Source: Candidatus Omnitrophota bacterium
GTDB lineage: Bacteria > Omnitrophota > Gorgyraeia > Aquiviventales > Aquiviventaceae
Direction of reading: 5' to 3'
DNA length: 64,000 nucleotides
Assembly: GCA_016198905.1 (NCBI GenBank)
Contig: JACQHR010000032.1
Span: 10,390 to 74,389 of the forward strand
Position 1 is the first letter of the stretch; every line of letters begins with the position of its first letter. The notes under the pieces are model-generated. The model was not told the DNA's origin. It saw only the letters and a list, made by a program, of their open reading frames with translations, and searched no databases. The translations under genes were made by a program, and so were the position numbers. Positions 18,580-27,033 of the stretch are shown here, piece by piece.

Positions 18580-18810
18580 ATGAGCAGCGACACACCGGTG
18601 ACATTCCGCTACGAGCCGAAGCACTGCGCGTTGTTGGGCAAACACGTATGGGCGATTCAGGCGTGTCAGGCCGATGGCACGTGGAAGATCGTGAACTGTC
18701 TGGATAAAGACGAGTCGTGTTTTGCGCTGGAGTGCGCGTTTACCAGCGATCATGGTGCGTGGCCCTACCCAAAGGCCACGAGCGGGCAAGCCTCCAAACG
18801 CGGAGTGTAA
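18580..18810 (+). CDS. Small Cys-rich hypothetical protein (76 aa)
   Basis: RBS ggagg lies 6 nt before ATG 18580. Five Cys in HCALLGKHVWAIQACQADGTWKIVNCLDKDESCFALECAF. Confidence 0.45.
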   Translation: MSSDTPVTFRYEPKHCALLGKHVWAIQACQADGTWKIVNCLDKDESCFALECAFTSDHGAWPYPKATSGQASKRGV

Positions 18811-18856
18811 CGGCGCTTGAGCGCCCCGCCCTCTGCTACCGACGGACGGAACCTCG

Positions 18857-20935
18857 ATGATCTACCACGACAAGATGAAGTCATACACTGAGACGAGCCG
18901 AATGAAGACGACGCACAAGACCCGCCGGCTGGTGATCTACCTCATTAAGCCTTCGAAGTACGATGAGAGCGGCTATGTCATCCGGTACTGGAGAGGCGTG
19001 CTGCCGAGTAATTCCTTAACGTGTCTCTATGGGTTAACGGAGGATGTGCGCGAGCGGGGCGTGCTGGGGCCGGCGCTCAACTGGAAGATCGAACTCATCG
19101 ATGAGACCGTCCAGCGTGTGGAGACCCGGAAGATCCTGCGGCGAAGCCGGCGGCCTGGCACGACCGTGCTCGTCTGTCTCGTCGGGGTGCAGTCCAATCA
19201 ATTTGTCCGGGCGGCGGATTTAGCGCGGATCTTTCGTGCGGGCGGCCTCGATGTGTTGATCGGAGGATTCCATGTGAGCGGCTCGCTGGCGATGCTGCCG
19301 CAGATTCCTGCAGAGATCCGGGCGTTGCTCGATATTGGCGTGACGGTTGTGGCAGGAGAAATTGAGGGAAAGTGGGACGCCATCCTCAGCGACGTGCTGC
19401 ACCGGCGCTTGCAGCCCATCTACAATTTTCTCTCAACCTCCCCGTCGCTGGAGACGGCTCCGATGTCCAAGATTCATCCACGCTACGTGCGGCGCTTTGT
19501 CTCGACGACCTTCAGTACGCTGGACTGCGGGCGCGGTTGTCCCTTCAACTGTTCGTTCTGCACCGTCATCAATGTCCAGGGACGCGCGATGCGCTTGCGT
19601 CATGTCGACACCGTCCTAGCCACGATTCGGGAGAACTATCGCCGGCATCGCATCGGCTCCTACTTCTTTACGGACGACAACTTCTGCCGCAATAAGCATT
19701 GGGAAGCCCTCTTCGATGGCCTCATCCGGATGCGGACGCACGACAAGATCCGTATCGGGTTCATGATCCAGGCGGATACACAATCCTACAAGCTGCCCAA
19801 TTTTATCGCCAAGGCCAAGGCCGCGGGCTGCTCGCAAGTCTTTATCGGACTGGAGAGCCTCAACCCGCAGAATCTCGAGGCCGCCGGGAAACGGCAGAAC
19901 AAGATCGAACAGTTTCAGGCGCTGATCCAGGCCTACCGGCACGCCGGCATCAACACCCACGTCGCCTACATCATCGGGTTTCCGTTCGATACCTCCGCGT
20001 CGGTAGCACGAGACATCCGCCGGCTGACGGACGAGCTAGGACCGGAGCAAGCGTCGTTCTTCATGTTGACCCCGCTGCCCGGGTCGCAGGATCACGTCGA
20101 GCTGTGCCGGCGGGGCGCGTCGATGGACGCGGATCTGAATCGCTACGATTCGTTTCATGCCACGACCGACCATCCGCGCATGTCGCGCGAAGAGTGGACG
20201 CAGGCGTACCACGAGGCGTGGACGTCATTTTACGGTCTTGAGAACATGACCCGGATTTTGCAACGCGTCAGCGCGGAAAACTACTGGGCGGTCTTTGCGA
20301 ATTTCATCTGGTACAAGAATTCGACGATGGTGGAACAAGGCCATCCGATGATCCATGGGTTCATCCGGTTGAAAGGGCGCGATCAGCGCCGACCGGACCT
20401 TTCGCGGGAATCCTGGTGGGTGTATGCGAAGCGCCGTGCGAGCGATCTGTGGCGCTACGTCAGGCTCTGGCCGCGTGTGGCGTTCGAAATGGAGGAGGTG
20501 TGGTTGCAGACGCGCCCTCGCAGCGCGCTCGAGCAGCGGGTGGTCGAGGAGCTCGCGCGCATCCCAGTGAGCGCGAGGGGATGGCGGCGGATGCGCGTGG
20601 CGGAGCTCCAACAGGCGTACCGACGAGCGATGACCGCGTTGCATCGCAGCGTCCCGGAAGAGCTGGCGCTCCGGGTGACCGTGCCCTCGCGCCTGCGATT
20701 GTGGCTGGTGCGAGTGAATCCGTTCGCCCACTCGCTGACATCGTCGCGCCGGTCCCTGACGCGCTTCTGGCGCATGTGCGCGCATCAGGTGAGACACGGC
20801 CGGTTCGACCGGCTTGACGTGAGCGGCCTCGCCTTCAATAGTCTGCAAGAGGTAACGTTGTTCGGGACGTTCGCGTTCCTCTTTTTCTCCCGGCTGCTTC
20901 ATCGGCTGATGGCCCGGCCTCGCATGGTCGCATAA
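18857..20935 (+). CDS. B12-binding-domain radical SAM protein with a long Arg-rich C-terminal extension
   Basis: N-terminal Rossmann-like B12 domain (VLVCLVGVQSNQF...LIGGFHVS). Radical SAM cluster motif CGRGCPFNCSFC. 692 aa. Confidence 0.75.
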   Translation: MIYHDKMKSYTETSRMKTTHKTRRLVIYLIKPSKYDESGYVIRYWRGVLPSNSLTCLYGLTEDVRERGVLGPALNWKIELIDETVQRVETRKILRRSRRPGTTVLVCLVGVQSNQFVRAADLARIFRAGGLDVLIGGFHVSGSLAMLPQIPAEIRALLDIGVTVVAGEIEGKWDAILSDVLHRRLQPIYNFLSTSPSLETAPMSKIHPRYVRRFVSTTFSTLDCGRGCPFNCSFCTVINVQGRAMRLRHVDTVLATIRENYRRHRIGSYFFTDDNFCRNKHWEALFDGLIRMRTHDKIRIGFMIQADTQSYKLPNFIAKAKAAGCSQVFIGLESLNPQNLEAAGKRQNKIEQFQALIQAYRHAGINTHVAYIIGFPFDTSASVARDIRRLTDELGPEQASFFMLTPLPGSQDHVELCRRGASMDADLNRYDSFHATTDHPRMSREEWTQAYHEAWTSFYGLENMTRILQRVSAENYWAVFANFIWYKNSTMVEQGHPMIHGFIRLKGRDQRRPDLSRESWWVYAKRRASDLWRYVRLWPRVAFEMEEVWLQTRPRSALEQRVVEELARIPVSARGWRRMRVAELQQAYRRAMTALHRSVPEELALRVTVPSRLRLWLVRVNPFAHSLTSSRRSLTRFWRMCAHQVRHGRFDRLDVSGLAFNSLQEVTLFGTFAFLFFSRLLHRLMARPRMVA

Positions 20936-20936
20936 G

Positions 20937-22058
20937 ATGCCTGCGCCGACCACGCACCCTGCGATGAAACGCCCAGCAGCGGTGAATTTCGATGAGACTC
21001 CCTTCATCGTCATTTGGGAGACGACGCAAGCGTGTGACCTGGCCTGCGTGCATTGCCGCGCGAAAGCGCAGCCCAACGCGTCACCCGACCAGCTCACGAC
21101 GGCCGAAGGATTCGCCCTCATTGATCGGATCGCCGCGATGGGAACACCGATCCTTGTCCTGAGCGGCGGCGATCCGCTCTCGCGGCCGGATCTGCCCGAG
21201 CTGATACGACATGGCAAAGCGCGCGGTCTGCGCATGGCGACGATTCCGGCGGCGACGCCGCGGTTGACGGCTGAAGCGGTCCACACACTGAAGGCAGCCG
21301 GACTGGATCAGATGGCGCTGAGCCTCGACGCGAGCACAGCCGAGGCGCACGATCGGTTTCGCGGTGTGCCGGGCGCATTCGAGAAAACGATGGCGGCGGC
21401 TGCGTGGGCGCATAAGGTTGAACTGCCGCTGCAAATCAACACCGTCATGACTGCGCAGAATATTGACGACATCGACCGGCTCGTGGCACTGGTGGGACAA
21501 CTCGGCATCGTGTTTTGGGAAGTGTTCTTTCTGGTGCCGGTCGGACGCGGGGTCTGCGTGACGGGCTTGACGGCGCAACAATACGAAGGCGTCTTTGCGA
21601 AGCTCTACGCGGCAGAACGATCAGTCCCCTTCATCATCAAAGTGACGGAAGGATTGCACTACCGCCGCTTCCGAGTCCAGCAGGCCATGGCGCAACACGA
21701 CGCATCCAAGAGCGCGGAGCCTCGTTGGGGGGAGCACGGTCCTGGAGGCTCAATCGGTGTCGCGCCACAAACCGTCAACGCCGGGAAAGGGCACCTCTTC
21801 ATTTCGCACACCGGTGAGGTGTTTCCGAGCGGATTTCTGCCGCTCTCCGCAGGGACGATCCGAGAGACGGACCTTGCGAGACTCTATCGCACCGCGCCGC
21901 TTTTCCGCGCGCTGCGCAATCCTAACGCGTTGAAGGGGCGTTGCGGCCGCTGCGAATTTCGGTCGCTCTGCGGCGGCTCACGCTCGCGCGCCTACGCGAT
22001 GGCCGGGGACTATCTCGCCGAAGATCCGTGCTGCGGGTATCAGCCTGTTGGCCGGTAG
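20937..22058 (+). CDS. Radical SAM/SPASM-domain protein (AhbD/NirJ-like fold)
   Basis: CDLACVHCRA (CxxxCxxC) motif, VFWEVFFLVPVGRG, and a C-terminal Cys-rich SPASM-like tail (GRCGRCEFRSLCGGSRSRAY...DPCCGY). Confidence 0.75.
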   Translation: MPAPTTHPAMKRPAAVNFDETPFIVIWETTQACDLACVHCRAKAQPNASPDQLTTAEGFALIDRIAAMGTPILVLSGGDPLSRPDLPELIRHGKARGLRMATIPAATPRLTAEAVHTLKAAGLDQMALSLDASTAEAHDRFRGVPGAFEKTMAAAAWAHKVELPLQINTVMTAQNIDDIDRLVALVGQLGIVFWEVFFLVPVGRGVCVTGLTAQQYEGVFAKLYAAERSVPFIIKVTEGLHYRRFRVQQAMAQHDASKSAEPRWGEHGPGGSIGVAPQTVNAGKGHLFISHTGEVFPSGFLPLSAGTIRETDLARLYRTAPLFRALRNPNALKGRCGRCEFRSLCGGSRSRAYAMAGDYLAEDPCCGYQPVGR

Positions 22059-23301
22059 CACCGGGATGATTCGGTGGGGCGGCCTTCGTCGTGAGCCATT
22101 TCGGATTTTTTTTCCTCTTGGCATCTGCTTTAGCTTACTCGGTGTCAGTCACTGGCTCTTCTACGCCATCGGCGTGACACACACCTACTCCGGATTCTAC
22201 CATGCGACGATTCAGGTCGGCTCGTACATGGCCTGTTTTGTGTTCGGGTTTCTCCTGACCGCCCTGCCACGGTTCGCCAGCGCCCCACCGGCGACAACCA
22301 CCGAGCTGCTGACCATCATCGGATTGTTCATGGTCCAGTTGCTGTGCGTTTCTTGGGGGCGGTGGATCTTCGCAGAGCTCTGTTTTATAGGGCTCCTGGT
22401 CATGCTGGCCATCTTCGCGGGACGTCGATTTGCCGGACGGTCTTCGAGCGTTGGACCACCGACAGAGTTTGTGTGGATTCTTGTGAGTCTCCTCTTTGGT
22501 GTCAGTGGCACGGCGTTGCTGATCCTCGGACAACTGGGTGTGCTGGGATTGTGGGCGCTCGCGATGGGACGACCCATGGTCCAGCAAGGATTTCTCTTGA
22601 GCATTGTCATGGGCGTTGGCGGCTTCATGGCTCCACGGCTCATGGGACGCGGGTTTCCAACGGTGACCCCAACATTAGAGGAAGCTCGGCGCATCCGGCA
22701 GCGACGTACGCGACTGCATATGCTAGCAGCCGTGGTGCTGGGGAGTACCTTTTGGATGGAGCAGGCCGGGGCGATGCGCGTTGCCTACCTTGTCCGAGCG
22801 CTCGTCGTGACCGCGGAGCTTGCATGGACGACGCAATTCTATCGACCCGCGAAAGTGGCCGACCTCTATGTGCGGTTCGTGTGGATCTCACTATGGATGA
22901 TCGTGGCGGGCCTGTGGCTCATCGTTCTTGTGCCGGCCCATCGCGTCGCACTGCTGCATATCGTGTTTCTTGGGGGATTCAGTGTGATGGCCTTCGCAGT
23001 GGGGACCATGGTGGTGCTCAGTCATAGCGGCCAAGCACCCTTGCTGCGTCGCCCGTTGTGGGTGCTGCGACTCACCGGCACCATGTTGGCAGCCGCGCTG
23101 GCGTTTCGCCTCGCCGCAGATGTTCTGCCGCACCAATTCTTTGCATTGCTCGGCATCGCTGCGGCGTGCTGGATCATCGCGGGAATGGGGTGGCTCATGT
23201 TTGTCGCCCCACGACTTGGCCAGCAGCCTGCCGCGGATGAGTTTGAGCGGCTCCATGCCGAAGCCAAACAGCGACTCCTCAACACGACCCCTGTATGCTA
23301 G
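22048..23301 (+). CDS. NnrS-like polytopic membrane protein
   Basis: About 12 TM helices, N-terminal EPFRIFFPLG motif, ~400 aa, in a nitrite/NO gene context. This is a family assignment by resemblance only. Confidence 0.5.
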   Translation: MAGSTGMIRWGGLRREPFRIFFPLGICFSLLGVSHWLFYAIGVTHTYSGFYHATIQVGSYMACFVFGFLLTALPRFASAPPATTTELLTIIGLFMVQLLCVSWGRWIFAELCFIGLLVMLAIFAGRRFAGRSSSVGPPTEFVWILVSLLFGVSGTALLILGQLGVLGLWALAMGRPMVQQGFLLSIVMGVGGFMAPRLMGRGFPTVTPTLEEARRIRQRRTRLHMLAAVVLGSTFWMEQAGAMRVAYLVRALVVTAELAWTTQFYRPAKVADLYVRFVWISLWMIVAGLWLIVLVPAHRVALLHIVFLGGFSVMAFAVGTMVVLSHSGQAPLLRRPLWVLRLTGTMLAAALAFRLAADVLPHQFFALLGIAAACWIIAGMGWLMFVAPRLGQQPAADEFERLHAEAKQRLLNTTPVC

Positions 23302-23395
23302 AGCCCATCCCCACACCTCCTCGAATCGCTCCAGATTATCTATATGATTGATATCATGGTGTCTTATTTCGCAGTAAGATACCGTAACTTCCAAA

Positions 23396-24604
23396 TTGAC
23401 GCGGATGCAAAGAGTTGCTATTGTGCGAGATGCCTGCATGATTGGACAACAAGTGTGTGACACGCAAAGCAGCGCTGTGATTTCTCTGGTTCACCCTTCC
23501 CATCCCCGCCGCGTAACGATTCAACCGCATCTGCTTCTTGTGGGTGTCAACTATCGGACGGCTCCCGTTGAGCTTCGCGAACGGCTGGCGATTCCTTCCC
23601 GCGACCTTCCCGAGGCCCTTCGCACCCTTCGAGCGATCCCCGGCGTTGATGAAGCCGTGATCCTCTCCACGTGCAACCGAATCGAATGCTACGTCGTGAC
23701 TGCACAGCCCGACTCCGTGTTCTCACAGCTGGTAGAGTTCCTCGCTTATCGCAGTCGCGTGCCTGCCACGATCGTGCAATCCGCCTCCTATCACTTCACG
23801 GACAACGAGGTGATGACGCACGTCTGCCGCGTCGCGGCGGGCTTGGATTCCATGGTCCTCGGAGAGTGCGAGGTGACGGCGCAGGTCAAGCAGGCGTATC
23901 TGCTCGCGCACGCCCACCACGCGACCGGGCCGGTGCTGAATCGCCTCTTCCAAAAAACTCTCCACACGACGAAGCAGCTTCGGTGCAACACGACCATTGC
24001 GCAGGGCCGCACTTCCATCGGATCGATCGTGGCCGCACTGGCGGCACAGCCGTTCGACAATCGATTGGATGCGTGCGAAGCGCTGCTGTGGGGCGCAGGC
24101 AAGGCGGCCGAAGCGACGGCAAAGCATCTCATCAAAGGGGGCATTCGGCAGCTCTGGATCGTGAACCGGACGCAAACCAAGGCGCAAGACCTGGCCCTCC
24201 TGTGCGAGGGCGGATGGCTCTCGTGGGAGCAGGCGTTGAAACATCTGGCGCACGTCGATATCGTCATCGTGTGCACGCAAGCGCCGCATTATGTGATTGA
24301 CCGTCACGACGTGGAGGCCATCCGAGCCGCGCGTGGCGGACGGCCGCTGTGCATCGTGGACTTGGCGGTTCCGCGCAACGTCGATCCCGTCCTGAAAGAT
24401 GTGGCGGGGGTCTTTCTCTACAACGTCGACGATCTCCAGGCGATGGCCTGCGCGGGGCAGACGCAGCGCCAACGCACCCTCGCATTGTGCGATGAGCTCA
24501 TCGCGCGGCAAGCGACGCTCTTCATGGCATGGTGGCAGGCAACGATGGCAACTACGAAGGAGGGCGCAGGATGTCAGCTCGACCAGTCGCGCGCATCGGT
24601 GTAG
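23396..24604 (+). CDS. hemA: Glutamyl-tRNA reductase
   Basis: LLLVGVNYRTAPVELRERLA, catalytic-Cys motif LSTCNRIECY, and NADPH-binding LLWGAGKAAEATAKHL. The start is uncertain (23396 or 23438). Confidence 0.9.
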   Translation: MTRMQRVAIVRDACMIGQQVCDTQSSAVISLVHPSHPRRVTIQPHLLLVGVNYRTAPVELRERLAIPSRDLPEALRTLRAIPGVDEAVILSTCNRIECYVVTAQPDSVFSQLVEFLAYRSRVPATIVQSASYHFTDNEVMTHVCRVAAGLDSMVLGECEVTAQVKQAYLLAHAHHATGPVLNRLFQKTLHTTKQLRCNTTIAQGRTSIGSIVAALAAQPFDNRLDACEALLWGAGKAAEATAKHLIKGGIRQLWIVNRTQTKAQDLALLCEGGWLSWEQALKHLAHVDIVIVCTQAPHYVIDRHDVEAIRAARGGRPLCIVDLAVPRNVDPVLKDVAGVFLYNVDDLQAMACAGQTQRQRTLALCDELIARQATLFMAWWQATMATTKEGAGCQLDQSRASV

Positions 24605-24963
24605 GCCTCGCAGGGATCGTGTGGCTCGCCACACCCGCGTGGGCGACGATCGATAACTTCAAGAGTTACAAAGCGGCCTATCCAGGCAAAGACGCCAAAG
24701 CCTACTCGTGCAAGGTCTGCCATCAACACCCCGTTGGACGTGCGGGCGATCTCAATGCGTACGGGAAGGCGTTGCAGCAGTCGAAGGCGCAGATCGGCGC
24801 CAAGAAGCTGACGGTCGAGGACTATCGTGCGAGTGAGAAGGGTGACGCCGACAGTGACGGCGCCTCGAACGTCGAGGAGATCAACGCAGGAACGTCTCCG
24901 AGCGATCCGGCATCCGTTCCAAAAGGGATTCATACTCCGCACGCTGCAGGCAAGGCCAAGTAA
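24571..24963 (+). CDS. Secreted monoheme cytochrome c with a thrombospondin-type-3-like acidic Ca-binding repeat
   Basis: RBS gaaggaggg precedes ATG 24571, which overlaps the hemA 3' end by 34 nt. Signal peptide ...ATPAWA. One CKVCH motif. DADSDGASNVEEINAGTSPSDPASVP repeat. Confidence 0.75.
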   Translation: MSARPVARIGVGLAGIVWLATPAWATIDNFKSYKAAYPGKDAKAYSCKVCHQHPVGRAGDLNAYGKALQQSKAQIGAKKLTVEDYRASEKGDADSDGASNVEEINAGTSPSDPASVPKGIHTPHAAGKAK

Positions 24964-25032
24964 ATGAGCGAGCAAGAGCGACGGAAAAAGACTGGGGCAG
25001 GGAAGGCGCAACGCGAGGAGGGGAGACAGTGC

Positions 25033-26259
25033 ATGCGGAGAGCATGGATCGGCATGGGGGTGGTGAGCGTGGTGTTGGCTGGCGTGAGCGACGCGTGGGC
25101 GATCCCGGCCTTCGCGCGCAAGTACGGGGTTTCCTGCAACGTGTGCCATCGGCCGAACGTGCCGCGGCTGAACGACTATGGCCATCGGTTTCGGAAGCTT
25201 GGCTATCGCGTACCTGAAGAGGTGGGGCAACAGCCGGAATACAAGGAGATTGGCAACTTTATTTCCATGCGCGGCCGGATGCGCTATGACTACGAGGACT
25301 TCGAGCGAGGGCGCAACACCAGCGGTTTTAGGTGGAACGATGCGACGCTGTTCTACGCCGGTTCCGTGACGAAAAACCTGTCCTCCTTTTTCGAGTGGGA
25401 ATGGGAGGATGAAAACGAGATCGGGTTGAACGGACAATTCTCATGGTTGTTTGGTGGACCGGACCGCTACGCCCAGATCCGCTTGGGACAGATGCACACC
25501 CTGTCGCGTGTGGGGTGGGCCGGGTTTGATCGACCTTCCGGCATCTCCACGACCGACGTGATCGGCAGTACGCTGACGACGACTGCGGTGCCGTTTACGC
25601 TCGCGAAGGACCAGCGTGGGCTGGAGCTTGCCGTTGGACTCAATCCGGACATTCGGCTGATCGGCCAGATCTTAAATGGGCTCGATACGAGTGGGAGCGG
25701 GACGACCGGCACGCGGGATAATGATACCAGCAAGGACGTGCTGCTCGCCTACGAGCACATGTTAGGCAAGCACGGCTCCGGCGTGACCGGGGTCTTCTAT
25801 CGGGGGACATGGCACCAAGCGGCTGGCACGGTCGTGAGCGGCACCGCCTTACCGGACGATAATGCGTTCACGAAATTTAATTTTTACCGCTACGGCCTCA
25901 CCGGAAGTTTCGTGTTTGATACGCCCTTCTGGTCGGGTCACGAGAGCGAGTTCAACGGCGGAGCGATCTTCGCCCATGATCAGGGCCCCAGCGCGTATCC
26001 AGGCGGAAAACCCAACGCCGACGGACAGGCCTATTTCTTGGGAGTGGAACAGTACTTGCAGGACGCCTCGGTGTTCAGCCGGTTCGACTTCCGCAATATC
26101 GAAGTGAGCGGCGAGGACAATTGGCGTCGGAAGTACACCGTCGGAACGGCCAAGCAGGTCAACGACTACCTGCGGCTGGCTCTCGAAGGCTTCGTGAAGG
26201 ACCAGGAGTCCGCTAACGACAGCTTCGGGGCGCAGGTGGAGGCGATGTTCAATTTCTAG
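25033..26259 (+). CDS. Cyc2-like fused monoheme cytochrome-porin (outer membrane)
   Basis: Signal peptide ...VSDAWA, then immediately IPAFARKYGVSCNVCH (single CXXCH). About 360 aa of alternating beta-strand-like sequence follow, ending EAMFNF (terminal Phe). 408 aa. Confidence 0.7.
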   Translation: MRRAWIGMGVVSVVLAGVSDAWAIPAFARKYGVSCNVCHRPNVPRLNDYGHRFRKLGYRVPEEVGQQPEYKEIGNFISMRGRMRYDYEDFERGRNTSGFRWNDATLFYAGSVTKNLSSFFEWEWEDENEIGLNGQFSWLFGGPDRYAQIRLGQMHTLSRVGWAGFDRPSGISTTDVIGSTLTTTAVPFTLAKDQRGLELAVGLNPDIRLIGQILNGLDTSGSGTTGTRDNDTSKDVLLAYEHMLGKHGSGVTGVFYRGTWHQAAGTVVSGTALPDDNAFTKFNFYRYGLTGSFVFDTPFWSGHESEFNGGAIFAHDQGPSAYPGGKPNADGQAYFLGVEQYLQDASVFSRFDFRNIEVSGEDNWRRKYTVGTAKQVNDYLRLALEGFVKDQESANDSFGAQVEAMFNF

Positions 26260-26326
26260 GTCGAGCGGCAACCTTTACGACGGAGGGCATACAGTACGCG
26301 CGTGGCTGCTGACGGCTGGTCTGCTG

Positions 26327-26926
26327 GTGGTCATGGCCGAGCCAGCGCTGGCAGCCACGCGTGTCACCATTCGAGAGCTCAAGGAGCACCCTCAGCGCTA
26401 TTACGGAGAGGAACTGCTCCTTGAGTGCTACTACGATAAAGAAAGCCCTGTCTGGGTGCGTGCGCTGCCGGATGCCGATGAGTGGGTTGGGTTTTTCGTG
26501 ACCGGACGGCCCGACAAAACACTGACCTGGAGCGGAGAGTATTACAATCTCCTCTTTACGCCCGCTCGCACGCGGGAGGCGCTACGGACCTTTCGTGGTG
26601 GCGACAAGATTACGGTGATCGGGGAAGGATTTCGTTACGCCTCGACAAGTCTGGAGGGAGTTGGCATCCACGTGAGGCAATTCCTCGCGGGGTGGGGTCC
26701 GTCTGCCAAATCGATTCACGGCTCAGGGAACACTGCCCCGATGCCAGCCGCTTCTGTGGCTCCCGGCGCCCCACCGTCCTCAGAAGTGAGCATGTCTGCT
26801 CCGCCGCCACTTGAGGGTGGGGAGAAACTTGCGGTGACCATCAACGGGAAGCACTACACCGGCCTGCGGTTTGGCGACGCCTATAACTTCGATGGAATCG
26901 AGTTTCAGGTGGACAAGTCACGTTAG
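26327..26926 (+). CDS. Hypothetical protein, probably secreted (true start possibly upstream at 26294)
   Basis: The ORF-track GTG start gives no signal peptide. The in-frame upstream codons (26294-26326) encode V-RAWLLTAGLL, which joins VVMAEPALA|A into a textbook Sec signal. A GGAGGG box lies 6 nt before codon GTA 26294. Confidence 0.5.
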   Translation: MVMAEPALAATRVTIRELKEHPQRYYGEELLLECYYDKESPVWVRALPDADEWVGFFVTGRPDKTLTWSGEYYNLLFTPARTREALRTFRGGDKITVIGEGFRYASTSLEGVGIHVRQFLAGWGPSAKSIHGSGNTAPMPAASVAPGAPPSSEVSMSAPPPLEGGEKLAVTINGKHYTGLRFGDAYNFDGIEFQVDKSR

Positions 26927-27033
26927 AGCGCTTCACGTTTACCCGATGAATCTTGGCGCAGGATGCTGCGTGAGTCGCCAGTAGAAGATTTTCGGACTTA
27001 GTGAAATCGCAGGAAGAATAAGGAGGCTGGCCC

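Noticed and set aside
5205-21286. Long antisense ORFs such as 6112..7185(-), 8996..10174(-), 15294..16397(-), most of 16423..17775(-) and 20225..21286(-)
   Set aside because: Each fully overlaps a plus-strand gene with clear family motifs (P-type ATPase, CBS, NirK, NirA, radical SAM). Long stop-free antisense frames are expected in GC-rich DNA.
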